Virus record (IMG/VR): IMGVR_UViG_3300039008_000175
Location: 1 to 64,000 of that record
Length of the DNA stretch: 64,000 nucleotides
Direction: 5' to 3' (one strand)
Source: a virus
Positions 9,439-19,081 of the stretch are shown here, in pieces; position 1 is the stretch's first letter; the number at the start of each line of letters is the position of its first letter. The notes below the pieces were generated by a model. It saw only the letters and a list, made by a program, of their open reading frames with translations. It did no database searches and was not told the origin of the DNA. Both the position numbers and the translations under genes were made by a program.

Positions 9439-10044
9439 ATGTTTGATGAATTCGATATGGAAGACCTCGATGACGAGCTCGAGCTGGAAGGCCAGGAAGA
9501 ACTCGAAGACCTGGAAGATGATCATGCCGATATGGAAGAGTTCGACGATTGGGATATGGAAGACCAGTCCCTGATGTTCTCTCTGTTCGCCCGTGATCTG
9601 ATTTCCGAAGGTGAGCTGGAAGCCGCCGATCTGGAAGACCTGAGGGAAGACGGCGTTCTGGATGACGACCAGTACCATGCGGTAATGGAAGACACCAGGA
9701 ACATCGTTCGTCTGAATAAGTCCGCCAAGAAGGCTGCCCTGACCGAGAAGGCTATCCTGGTTATGGCCAAGCAGGCCCGGGATCCCGAGTACAAGAAGTA
9801 CCAGAAGTTCCGGAAGCTGATGCTGAAGTCCAGAGCCAAGCTTCAGAAGAAGTACGGTTCCAGAGCCAAGGGTATGGCCATGAAGATGGCTGCCAACGGC
9901 AAGAGACGCCGTCAGAAGAAGGGCACCAAGAAGGTTGCATCTGCCATCCAGACCAACCTGAAGAATCCCACGCTGCGCGGTGGTTCCACCAAGCAGTTCA
10001 CCAAGAAATCCGGCTTCAAACCCAAGGGTGTAAGTCGGGCGTAA
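9439..10044 (+). CDS. bipartite protein: polyacidic N-terminal third, strongly basic C-terminal half (201 aa)
   Basis: TAAGGAG RBS, C-ending codon bias and a strong terminator directly downstream. N-terminus MFDEFDMEDLDDELELEGQEELEDLEDD; C-terminus KRRRQKKGTKK...KKSGFKPKG. Confidence 0.75.
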   Translation: MFDEFDMEDLDDELELEGQEELEDLEDDHADMEEFDDWDMEDQSLMFSLFARDLISEGELEAADLEDLREDGVLDDDQYHAVMEDTRNIVRLNKSAKKAALTEKAILVMAKQARDPEYKKYQKFRKLMLKSRAKLQKKYGSRAKGMAMKMAANGKRRRQKKGTKKVASAIQTNLKNPTLRGGSTKQFTKKSGFKPKGVSRA

Positions 10045-10069
10045 GTTCACACGTAAAGTGAATATATTA

Positions 10070-10097
10070 GCAGGGGCATAGTTGCCCCTGCTTTTTT
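10070..10097 (+). terminator. intrinsic terminator
   Basis: gcaggggc-atagtt-gcccctgc followed by TTTTTT. Confidence 0.8.
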
Positions 10098-10128
10098 GTA
10101 TCTCAAAAAGTGAAACCGTGTACATATC

Positions 10129-10148
10129 TATATATTATATACTTGATC
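10129..10148 (+). promoter_or_regulatory. class-1 promoter-like motif TATATATTATAT-ac-TTGATC
   Basis: After the terminator at 10070-10097, upstream of the RNAP beta-prime C gene. Confidence 0.4.
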
Positions 10149-10187
10149 ATCTAATTATGAATATATCTTTTATGGAGGAATAATACG

Positions 10188-12203
10188 TTGAGTACTATAA
10201 GTGAAAAGGATGCTATCCTCATACCTGAAGAACTTCTTCAATGGGATGGTAAGAACCGAAAACCTGTAATGGTTCTCGATATCAAAGAATGGTATGATGA
10301 AAAGCGTCGATATGAACTCATCGAAAAGCTACATCAAGAGAATCTGCAATTTCCGAAATCAAGTGCAAATAGAATTGATGTTATCCTGAACAACAAACGA
10401 TTCATATTCAGTCAGGGACAGGCTGTTATCAATCTCATGGTGTGGTATCCTCTGTTTGCAGAGAACTATATTATCACCGAAGACTTCATTGTCCCGAAGA
10501 AAATCAAGGATGGATCCATCGCAGACGTTTGTTATCTGATTGATGATGAGCTGATGTATCGTGGAAAACTACCTGCCGCAAAGCTATCCGAGCACTATTC
10601 GGTTGCAGTAGGCGGACGTGGTCTATCCAGGATCTGTTATGAATATGGTCCGATCAGAGGAAACTCATTCGGGTTCTATGATCTGGCCAAGTTCATGAAG
10701 CGATGTCCTGAAGCAAGAGATCTGATGAATACCTCTTATGAAGGTAAGGGTATGACCAGTGGAGCCATTGAGAAGGATACCATCATGAGATGGGAAAGAC
10801 TCAAGCAGCTTCTGATTGAAGATGGTAATGCTCTGGGTCAGTGGCTTAGTGTCGGAGGTTGTATCTCTGATAGTCAGGCTGCACAGGTGTTTATCAACAT
10901 CGGATTCGTATCTGATATGAGTTCGACGATTGAAGATATCTGTATTGATACATCATATCTGAATGGTATTAAGCTGCCGTCTCATTATTATCTGGAATCC
11001 TATAAGGGACGTAAAGCGGCTCTTAACAACAAGGACAAACTACCCGGCTCGGGATATCTGGATAAGAAACTGATGTTCTCTTCGCAATATGATATTGATC
11101 ATAGCTGCGAGGATTGTGGTACCACCAATTTCCTGAGAGTCAAAGTCAAGTCGATGAAGATGCTCAGGAAATTGAGATGGAGGTATCTCAAAGATGGAAC
11201 TGTTATCGATAAGCTTGATAAGAAGCTCATCGGTAAGTGGATTGAGATCAGATCGCCTGCTACATGTGCTCATGGTGATGGGTGTTGTCTGAAGTGTTAT
11301 GGTCTGAGTGCTATTGTGCAGGAAGGCTTTATGGGTGGTAAGGTTGGATCCAAGGGATTCTCTGCATCTACCAGTCAGAAGTTCCTGTCGACCAAGCACT
11401 TTGCTGTTACCAAGACAATGGCAATCGACACGAAGATCTATGAGAAGTATCAGGATTTCGTTACTCTGACGAAGACCAATCTTCTCTATAATCCGAAAGT
11501 CAAATGTAAACGAATCGGGTTTGTTGAGTATGAGATCGAAGGAGTTGAAGAGATATCTATGGCTACCGACTCTGGCGGCTCTGATAGTTATTCTACTCTC
11601 AGACCTACAATGCTCTATCTCGAAGATAGCAAGGGAAATATCCAGGAACTTGAGCTGGTTATAGAAGGTGGATTCTTTGAGCTTTCCAATGAGCTCCGGG
11701 ATCATATCATCCGTAACTCTACAGCATCGTCCACTGAGGATGGGGTCCTATGGTATCCTCTTAACAAGATGAAGAAAGGTACATCGTTGATGGCTCTTAA
11801 TCCTGTTAACTCCGAGATCAACAAGCACTTCAATGACCTTCTTAAGAAGATCGACCAGAATAGAAACTACATCACGGCTGTAAATAGTATTGATGAACTC
11901 TTTGAGCTGTTCTCTGACTTCGTCGAGAATGTTTCCATTGATATTATGCTTGTTCATGTGGAGATGATTATCGCCAACCTCATCAGAGATAAGGCGAATA
12001 ACAGCATGCCGCTGGATAAGAGTAAGCCTATTAAGGAAGGAGAATACGCAATGCTGGGAGTCAGTAACTCAATTAGAACCTCTCCGAGTGCAGCGACTAT
12101 GTTGCTGTTTGAGAATCAGAGAGCCCAGATGATTAAGTCATCATCCTATATCAAGAAGTCTCCTGGACCCAACGACGGATTGTTGATCCATGAGCATACT
12201 TAA
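10188..12203 (+). CDS. multisubunit RNA polymerase beta-prime-like C-terminal half
   Basis: Bridge-helix-like GRKAALNNKDKLPGSGYLDKKL. Zinc motif RSPATCAHGDGCCLKCYG (C-x6-C-x2-C...CYG, as in bacterial beta-prime). Trigger-loop-like SQKFLSTKHF. Region-H-like LGVSNSIRTSPSAATMLLFENQRA. TTG start after GGAGG. Confidence 0.8.
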   Translation: MSTISEKDAILIPEELLQWDGKNRKPVMVLDIKEWYDEKRRYELIEKLHQENLQFPKSSANRIDVILNNKRFIFSQGQAVINLMVWYPLFAENYIITEDFIVPKKIKDGSIADVCYLIDDELMYRGKLPAAKLSEHYSVAVGGRGLSRICYEYGPIRGNSFGFYDLAKFMKRCPEARDLMNTSYEGKGMTSGAIEKDTIMRWERLKQLLIEDGNALGQWLSVGGCISDSQAAQVFINIGFVSDMSSTIEDICIDTSYLNGIKLPSHYYLESYKGRKAALNNKDKLPGSGYLDKKLMFSSQYDIDHSCEDCGTTNFLRVKVKSMKMLRKLRWRYLKDGTVIDKLDKKLIGKWIEIRSPATCAHGDGCCLKCYGLSAIVQEGFMGGKVGSKGFSASTSQKFLSTKHFAVTKTMAIDTKIYEKYQDFVTLTKTNLLYNPKVKCKRIGFVEYEIEGVEEISMATDSGGSDSYSTLRPTMLYLEDSKGNIQELELVIEGGFFELSNELRDHIIRNSTASSTEDGVLWYPLNKMKKGTSLMALNPVNSEINKHFNDLLKKIDQNRNYITAVNSIDELFELFSDFVENVSIDIMLVHVEMIIANLIRDKANNSMPLDKSKPIKEGEYAMLGVSNSIRTSPSAATMLLFENQRAQMIKSSSYIKKSPGPNDGLLIHEHT

Positions 12204-13680
12204 GATATACATAAGAGCCAGTGACTTTGTCCTCACTCCGTACAAGAGAGGGCAGAGTCGTGCTCTTGAAAGACTATTAACAAGCTTTGAAGAAATCATG
12301 CCGAATGAGAAACTCAAGGAAGCATCCAAGAAAGAGTTCTTTCGGTATGATGGATCAAAGAATACAATGCATATTCCCCAGTGTACTGGACTGGGGATGA
12401 TCATAAAGTGCCTTAATGATGATAGAATAGATCATACAGTCGTAAGTGGTCGCTTGGGTCTTATAGAACCAAAGGCTGCTCATCGTCTCACCATGAAAGA
12501 AGGATTTGCCCCCAGAGATGAAACTCAAAGGGATGGTATTGACTTCATTCTATCTAGAGGTAAGTTTGCAAATGATAAAATCAAAGGACAGAAACTTGTA
12601 GAGATGGCTACCGGTAAAGGTAAGACGTTTACTGCAATTGCTGTAGCATGCGAATTACAAGAGCGTGTTATAGTAGTCTGCCCATTTGGTAAAGTATCTA
12701 AACAGTGGTACGACTCATTTCTCGACTTCACCGATTTACCCAAGAAGAGAATCAAGTATATAGAAGGAACTCAGAACCTCATGTACTACGGTCTCAAGAA
12801 GAAAGGGAAGATTGATGTAATGATTATATCTATGGCTACGATCAGTAAGATGGCAAAGGAGAATCCTGAGCTGTTGAAGCAGATCATGGAAAACGTAGGC
12901 CCTGGTATGATTGTAAGAGACGAGGTACATCGCAATATCATGGGAGTAGTTGCCCTCGAAACGGTTCTCACTAGTAGACTCAATGTTTACATGAGTGCAA
13001 CTGCATTCAGAGATTCCAGTTTTGAAAATAAAGTATTTGAAATCATCTTTGGTAAGATGCCTCGGTTTGGAATAGAGACTCATTTTGATTCTCCGTTCTT
13101 AAACGTACTTGCTCTGATGCGTGAGATCAAACTCACTAAGAAGGAAGAGAAGAAGACTCTCTCCTTTGGTAAGTTCTTTCGGAAGGATGGGTACAGTGCT
13201 ATTCTGAGAACCGAGAAGAGAATCGAAGCATACAAAGAGCTGGTGTTTGGTATCATTGATCCTATTATGAAGATTCTGCCGGATGACCGAAAGGTTAGTA
13301 TGTTCTTAGCTAGACAGGATGAGATTGACGATATGCTGGAGCTTATGAAGGATAGATATCCTGGTAAGACAGTAGGTCGATATCATTCCAAAGTCAAGGA
13401 TGACGAGAAAGCTAGAACACTTGATGGTAATCTGATAATAACAACAGCTGGTTCACTTGGAACTGGTAGTGACGTGAAAGGATTAAAGTACCAGATAGAC
13501 TTCTATCCTTCAAAGGGTAAAGGTGAAATGATCCAGAGAGCTGGTAGAACACGAGAGATCAAAGGCGAAGAAGTCTATATGATTCTTGTGTATAACACAG
13601 CCATTAAGTATTACGAGAAAGCAATCGGAATGAATCAGGAGGCCTTATTCGGCCGTATTAAAACTTACACTGAGAAGTAG
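12190..13680 (+). CDS. SF2 DExH-box helicase
   Basis: Walker A MATGKGKTFTAIA, DExH box VRDEVHRN, SAT motif YMSATAF, motif VI QRAGRTRE. Confidence 0.85.
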   Translation: MSILKIYIRASDFVLTPYKRGQSRALERLLTSFEEIMPNEKLKEASKKEFFRYDGSKNTMHIPQCTGLGMIIKCLNDDRIDHTVVSGRLGLIEPKAAHRLTMKEGFAPRDETQRDGIDFILSRGKFANDKIKGQKLVEMATGKGKTFTAIAVACELQERVIVVCPFGKVSKQWYDSFLDFTDLPKKRIKYIEGTQNLMYYGLKKKGKIDVMIISMATISKMAKENPELLKQIMENVGPGMIVRDEVHRNIMGVVALETVLTSRLNVYMSATAFRDSSFENKVFEIIFGKMPRFGIETHFDSPFLNVLALMREIKLTKKEEKKTLSFGKFFRKDGYSAILRTEKRIEAYKELVFGIIDPIMKILPDDRKVSMFLARQDEIDDMLELMKDRYPGKTVGRYHSKVKDDEKARTLDGNLIITTAGSLGTGSDVKGLKYQIDFYPSKGKGEMIQRAGRTREIKGEEVYMILVYNTAIKYYEKAIGMNQEALFGRIKTYTEK

Positions 13681-13692
13681 GAGGAATTGTGT

Positions 13693-14340
13693 ATGAGTGA
13701 TATCACTACTAAATATAAAGTGGGGCTGAATCTTCTTTCTTTCTATAAAGAGAGACTGAAGATGAACATGACCCTTGATCTCCAAAAGGCGCAGGGAAAA
13801 TCTCTCTTCTTTGATTATGCAACCGATCCCAACAAGAATGAATCAGGGACTCAAACGTTTGGTACGTTTGTAAGTATGCCCTGGTCCATTCAGCTTTCTC
13901 ACACTCCCTTGGTTGAGGGCAGTGAGAACAGCAGAGGGGTGAAGTTCCATATCAACAAACAAGACGTGAGTTGGTTATCCGCATCAATCATGGACGTGTG
14001 CCGTGCGTTTATGGCTGGTAGAATCTTTGACGGTGATGAAACCGGTCTGAAGGTTAAGCCTGAGTATATTGATGATGAAGGAAAGCTGAAATGCGTGATT
14101 CATGCAACTGATCACTTCAAGAATGTATTGCGGATTTATCCCAATACGATAGTTGATCTTGATGGTAAACATCACGGAAACTTCGTTGCTTCCATCGGTA
14201 ATGCATCGTTCACTATCTCATATGAAGCGTTGGTAGATATTGGTAGATATCTTGAGTCGATCCCGGCATTGGATAACATCGCCCTGGCTCTCTATAAGGT
14301 ATATACCGATCACAAAGAAAAGTTAATCAAGGGGGAGTAA
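13693..14340 (+). CDS. hypothetical protein (215 aa)
   Basis: ORF track gives 13687. The ATG at 13693 sits 8 nt after AGGAGG. Confidence 0.6.
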   Translation: MSDITTKYKVGLNLLSFYKERLKMNMTLDLQKAQGKSLFFDYATDPNKNESGTQTFGTFVSMPWSIQLSHTPLVEGSENSRGVKFHINKQDVSWLSASIMDVCRAFMAGRIFDGDETGLKVKPEYIDDEGKLKCVIHATDHFKNVLRIYPNTIVDLDGKHHGNFVASIGNASFTISYEALVDIGRYLESIPALDNIALALYKVYTDHKEKLIKGE

Positions 14341-14343
14341 TAA

Positions 14344-15228
14344 ATGATTTGCTTACCCGATGGTAAACTGAGTAAGCAGGATCTGGATAGATATGTGATC
14401 TCTGGAGATATTGTCAATGACACCGTCTACACAATGAAATGGGACGGTGAACTCTTCATTGGAGAGTATTGCGGTACTCTCCAGGAACATATCGAACGTA
14501 CAGGGATCTACTATGATGAGCAGGAAGAACGTCTTCGTGTAGTCATGGGGAAGGATGATCCTCTGTCTCAGATTCTGAAGAATACACCCAAGGATAAGAT
14601 CGGTAAAACGATTGTGCCTTGGAATCTGAAAATCAAAGAGTTCATGTATAAAGATATCGGATTCAATGATCTGCGTAAACAGTACAGTGACGATGATAAC
14701 GTGTTAACGTTCATTGTTAAGTGGTTGATGAATGCAGCTGACCAGGATATTGATTTCTGGAGAGAATACTTCGAGTCCTCGCTTGACTTTAATAATGAGA
14801 GAAGAACCCTTGAAGAGAAGGGTAATATCTCGATTGAGAAGTTTGAGAGTTGGATGAAGATCTTTATGCTTAATTTCAATCTGAGTATTGTAAAGGGCCC
14901 ATTTGATGGAACCGCCAATGAAGAGAATGATGATGTTCCGTTCGAAGTTGAACTTCGGGACGACATGAATCTCTTCAGTAGAAGCATTGTTAACTATATC
15001 CACGAGCTTGGATACGGGACGGCTTACGTACGTTCTTTGTTTGATGCGATGCCTAACAAGAGAAATAACTATATCACCTCGTTAAAGGGCGGTAAGACCC
15101 GCTTTGAGTCCTTTCTGAAGTGGAAGAAGCTTCTGGGATTTGAATATATCATTCCTATCATTGAGAATGAAACGGTTCTATGTTATTACTCGTCGAAACA
15201 TGATACAATGAAGCTACCGATACGGTAG
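14344..15228 (+). CDS. hypothetical protein (294 aa)
   Basis: ATG 3 nt after the previous stop. Followed by an intrinsic terminator. Confidence 0.65.
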   Translation: MICLPDGKLSKQDLDRYVISGDIVNDTVYTMKWDGELFIGEYCGTLQEHIERTGIYYDEQEERLRVVMGKDDPLSQILKNTPKDKIGKTIVPWNLKIKEFMYKDIGFNDLRKQYSDDDNVLTFIVKWLMNAADQDIDFWREYFESSLDFNNERRTLEEKGNISIEKFESWMKIFMLNFNLSIVKGPFDGTANEENDDVPFEVELRDDMNLFSRSIVNYIHELGYGTAYVRSLFDAMPNKRNNYITSLKGGKTRFESFLKWKKLLGFEYIIPIIENETVLCYYSSKHDTMKLPIR

Positions 15229-15231
15229 AAT

Positions 15232-15267
15232 GTAGCCCCACCCGAAAATGGGTGGGGTACTTTTTTT
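15232..15267 (+). terminator. intrinsic terminator
   Basis: ccccaccc-gaaaat-gggtgggg followed by a T7 run. Confidence 0.8.
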
Positions 15268-15286
15268 ATATATTAATACTATGAAT
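15267..15286 (+). promoter_or_regulatory. class-1 promoter-like motif TATATATTAATA-ct-ATGAAT
   Basis: The 12-mer ends 32 nt before the ATG at 15310, directly after a terminator. Confidence 0.5.
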
Positions 15287-15309
15287 AATAATGGTTAATA
15301 GGAGTTAAT

Positions 15310-17889
15310 ATGAAACTTAAGTATGCACACATCGAGAACTCTATAGGTATATACATAAGCATGGGTCTGAAATCAATAGACCTGGACTTTACCACTGGAG
15401 ATACTCTTTTCAATATCATAAAGGGACCATCTGGTTCTGGTAAATCAACTATTCAATCTCTTCTCACTGTATTCCCATTCCCTGTACGCAGTAGAATGGA
15501 TAAGAATAAGGGACTCAACGTTCCTGGTCAGAAGATGGTTAAAGAGCTCACATATGATACACATAAAGTGAGATCTGTATATACCGATAAAGCATCCTCT
15601 CATTACTTTGCGGAGTGGGTTCCCAGAGTCAATAAGTATGTAGAGAGGAACTCAAGTGGTACTCTATCTGGATACAGAGATTGTCTTAAGACATACCTTG
15701 GTATAACAGAAGATTACCGTCCTATCATTGAGATGAGTACAGAGACGGTGACGTTTATCGATAGCACACCTCAGGATAGAAAGAAACTCATATCCCAGAT
15801 ACTTCCCAGTGTTGATGGATATACTGGTCCTCATGAAGAAGCAAACAGACAGCTTCAGGTTATGAGAAAAGAGAAGAGAAGATTGGCTGCTAATGCTGCC
15901 GCTATAGGTGATAAGAAAGTTCTGGAATCCCGTAGAGAGATACTCCAGAAAGATCTGAGTTTATCTGAGGTTGCGCTGGCCGAGGGTCATCAGCAGCTTG
16001 GTCGAGTAGAGGGGATTATCGAATCTCTACCTGGCAATATCAAGGATATCAATATCATACAGATCCAACGAGAACACGATACTCTGATGAATGAGATCAT
16101 GGGAACGCTGAAAATCTACGGATATGATAACATTCAGCAGCTCAGTAAGGAAGATATACTCAAACAGAAGAGTGATCTGGAGCCTGCGTATAATGAAGCA
16201 AAGGATAATCATATATCAGCATCATCTGCTCTGAGAGGAGCAATGAATCAGAAGTCTATCACTGAACAGGAGATCCAAAATCTACAGCGAGAGCTGAATG
16301 GACTCACTAGTATCGACAACAAAGAACTCATGAGTAAACTGGATAATGCTCGTAATACCGCATTACAGTGTAAGGGAATCGTTGGTGGTAGAGTAGTTAC
16401 TGACCCAAAGGGTGATTTGGAGAAAGCTAGAGCTAAGCAGAGCAAATATCAATCAATGGAATCACAATATGGAGCACTAAGCTATGGCTATGAGTTCCTT
16501 CCCAGTGGTGAAACATTTGATTCATTCCGTCTGAAACTCATTGATGAAGGGAAGAGTATGAATGCTCAGCTGGAGGATATCTCTGGAAAGATAAGCGAGT
16601 ATGAGAGAGCTGCTAAGTCAATTGATGGTGATCTTAATTCGTTTAACAAGGAACCCATCTGTGATACCTGTCCGATGTTTGCATCTTTTAAAGGAGCACT
16701 TGCGCATAAAGGCAGAATCATGGAGTATCGTAACGAGAAAATCGAGCTCACTAAGAAACTCGATGCAGCTCGTGAGTTAATATCAAATGTGATTCAGCCT
16801 GCCATAAAGGCAGCCGAGATATATGATCAAACTATTGGTCTGGGCGCATATACTGATCACAAGAAAACACTTGCTATGATCACTGATGAGATTGAGTTCT
16901 TAATTGCGTATAACAGGATGATTGAAGCAGAGGCAGAGGCAAAGTATCTAGAGAGTACTCTCGATAAAGATGCCGTGGCTGCTAGTCTTAATGCAAAAAT
17001 ATCCACATTGACAAAGGAGGTTGCTAGTAGCACCCAACGTATAGAAGAACTGAGAGGAACCAGTCAGTCTGCAACTGAGAGATTTAATACTCTCAATGAG
17101 CAGAATAGAAAACTTGATACACTTCATGGACTATTTGCAACTCTTGATCGTATCGATGAGTTGGATAAGAAGATCGAAGCATGTGAGAGTTTCAAGACTG
17201 TAATGGTTACTTTAAGTGAAGCCAAGGAGAATATCGAGAAAGTAGGCAGAGATGTTAACTCTATTAAGAATGAGATATCAACTCTGGATTACAAGATAGT
17301 TCAACTTGGTGAAGTATCATTGTCATTGGATAAGATCAACTATGCTATGGCAAAGTATGATGAAATCAAAATGGCTGCATCTCCTATTACCGGAGTTCCA
17401 TCTATTGCAATAGATGGGTTCCTGGATCAATCAATCAAAGATGATATCAACACATTCCTCGGTCATTTCTTTGACGGAGCTCTAAGGTTGGTTAAATTTG
17501 AGGTTGGTGATAATACATTTGATATCGTTGTTACTGGTGGAGAGAAACCGATGGAACGGGATATCTCTAGATGCTCTAAGAGTGAACGCCGTACAACGGG
17601 ACTTGCATTGTCGTTAGCATTGCTTAAACGTTCGTTTACGACCGATGTGAAGTATAATATTGTATCTATGGATGAGATGGATGACGGATTAGACGTAATG
17701 AAGAAGCAAATCTTCTTCTCTATCCTCCAGAATTATTTCATGGAAAACAATTCTATTAGTCAGGTTTTCATGTCAACTCACAACCCTGCGGTTGAGAATA
17801 CAGACTCCTCATTTGTACTATTGAAGAACTCTGGCGTGGAAACACAAAACATCAGACCAAACCGTATTATCTTTAACTATTCAGCCTGA
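15310..17889 (+). CDS. Rad50/SbcC-like (T4 gp46-like) recombination ATPase
   Basis: Walker A GPSGSGKST. Several hundred residues of coiled-coil-like sequence with a central CxxC (PICDTCPMF, zinc-hook-like). Signature-like SERRTTGLALSLAL and Walker B IVSMDEMDDGLD. Confidence 0.85.
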   Translation: MKLKYAHIENSIGIYISMGLKSIDLDFTTGDTLFNIIKGPSGSGKSTIQSLLTVFPFPVRSRMDKNKGLNVPGQKMVKELTYDTHKVRSVYTDKASSHYFAEWVPRVNKYVERNSSGTLSGYRDCLKTYLGITEDYRPIIEMSTETVTFIDSTPQDRKKLISQILPSVDGYTGPHEEANRQLQVMRKEKRRLAANAAAIGDKKVLESRREILQKDLSLSEVALAEGHQQLGRVEGIIESLPGNIKDINIIQIQREHDTLMNEIMGTLKIYGYDNIQQLSKEDILKQKSDLEPAYNEAKDNHISASSALRGAMNQKSITEQEIQNLQRELNGLTSIDNKELMSKLDNARNTALQCKGIVGGRVVTDPKGDLEKARAKQSKYQSMESQYGALSYGYEFLPSGETFDSFRLKLIDEGKSMNAQLEDISGKISEYERAAKSIDGDLNSFNKEPICDTCPMFASFKGALAHKGRIMEYRNEKIELTKKLDAARELISNVIQPAIKAAEIYDQTIGLGAYTDHKKTLAMITDEIEFLIAYNRMIEAEAEAKYLESTLDKDAVAASLNAKISTLTKEVASSTQRIEELRGTSQSATERFNTLNEQNRKLDTLHGLFATLDRIDELDKKIEACESFKTVMVTLSEAKENIEKVGRDVNSIKNEISTLDYKIVQLGEVSLSLDKINYAMAKYDEIKMAASPITGVPSIAIDGFLDQSIKDDINTFLGHFFDGALRLVKFEVGDNTFDIVVTGGEKPMERDISRCSKSERRTTGLALSLALLKRSFTTDVKYNIVSMDEMDDGLDVMKKQIFFSILQNYFMENNSISQVFMSTHNPAVENTDSSFVLLKNSGVETQNIRPNRIIFNYSA

Positions 17890-17910
17890 AACTCCTAAAA
17901 GGAATCTGTT

Positions 17911-18639
17911 ATGGCCGAAGACATTAAAGAAGATATTAGCATGCTAGATGAAGCCGAATACAATCGGCTTGTTGCTGGGTATGCAGAATCTGATGATATA
18001 GAACAAGAGTTGGATAAAGCCCTGACCGAGATAGGTGAGTTGAGCGATGATCTTAAAAGTGAATACCAACGCATCAATAATGATTTCGCAGGGTTTACCA
18101 AAACCAAGTTTGATATAAGGGAGCATCTGCTTCGTACAATCGAACTGCGTATTAAGGTTCTTGGCGATAAGGGTAAGAGACGGAAAGAAGTTTCTGAAGC
18201 TGCTCTTAAGTATAAGAAAGATATACTTGCCAGGAAGATCGAAGAAGATTCGGCTGATGGAGTTAGCCCCAGCGAAGCGGCTGCTATCATCAATAGTCTC
18301 AGCGATGCTATGCTCCAAGCAGAGAGTGGTGGAACTGATGATGAAACCTTCAATGCTCTGGAAGAGGAGCTCAAGAAGAAGGAAGAGTCAGGAGAAATTG
18401 AGTTTACTGATGGTGAACGTCATATGATGGTTGCAGAGCGCAACTACGAGTTCTTATATAACAAAGATGAAGACTCATTCACATGTGTGGATAAAGATAC
18501 ATCTGAAGTTATTGATATCTTCCCCGATTCCTATCTGCCTGATGCAGCCAAGTATAAGGTAGAAGGAGTGCCCAATATCGAAGACGGTTATATCATAAAC
18601 CCTGATGATGTAACCGACAAACATCGTATAGCCGGATAG
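17911..18639 (+). CDS. hypothetical acidic protein (242 aa)
   Basis: Long ORF directly after the Rad50-like gene. E/D-rich, helical-looking N-half. Confidence 0.6.
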   Translation: MAEDIKEDISMLDEAEYNRLVAGYAESDDIEQELDKALTEIGELSDDLKSEYQRINNDFAGFTKTKFDIREHLLRTIELRIKVLGDKGKRRKEVSEAALKYKKDILARKIEEDSADGVSPSEAAAIINSLSDAMLQAESGGTDDETFNALEEELKKKEESGEIEFTDGERHMMVAERNYEFLYNKDEDSFTCVDKDTSEVIDIFPDSYLPDAAKYKVEGVPNIEDGYIINPDDVTDKHRIAG

Positions 18640-18641
18640 GT

Positions 18642-18661
18642 TATATATTATTAAAATGAAT
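18642..18661 (+). promoter_or_regulatory. class-1 promoter-like motif TATATATTATTA-aa-ATGAAT
   Basis: The 12-mer ends 36 nt upstream of the ATG at 18689. Confidence 0.45.
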
Positions 18662-18688
18662 CTATATCTTTTAAAGGAGTAAGTATCT

Positions 18689-19081
18689 ATGAGAGTTATC
18701 GAATCTGATGTACCCATTCCTGTGAAGCTGAAAGATGGTACTGAAAAGACTATCACCCTTGATCGGAATGCTGCTACATTTCTGTTCTGGTACTGGGCAA
18801 CATCACCCGGTTCCAATATCATCTACCTTGATAAACCCAAGAATACGCTGACTATGAATCAGCAGAAGTATCCCGAAGATAAGATCTTCGTAATCTTTAA
18901 ACAGCCTAAGACACAGGTTAAGTGCATTGCCAGTCGCCGTGAAACAATAGCTGCGGTTATCGACAGAAAAGACTTTGCGGGTGCTATTGATCTATTCGGC
19001 ACTAGCGGCGAATGCATCGCCGAGAATATCCAGAAACGACAATCTATACTAAATAAATTACTGGGGGAAGCGGTTGAGTAA
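18689..19081 (+). CDS. hypothetical protein (130 aa)
   Basis: AAGGAG RBS. A TATATATTATTA motif lies 36 nt upstream. Confidence 0.6.
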   Translation: MRVIESDVPIPVKLKDGTEKTITLDRNAATFLFWYWATSPGSNIIYLDKPKNTLTMNQQKYPEDKIFVIFKQPKTQVKCIASRRETIAAVIDRKDFAGAIDLFGTSGECIAENIQKRQSILNKLLGEAVE

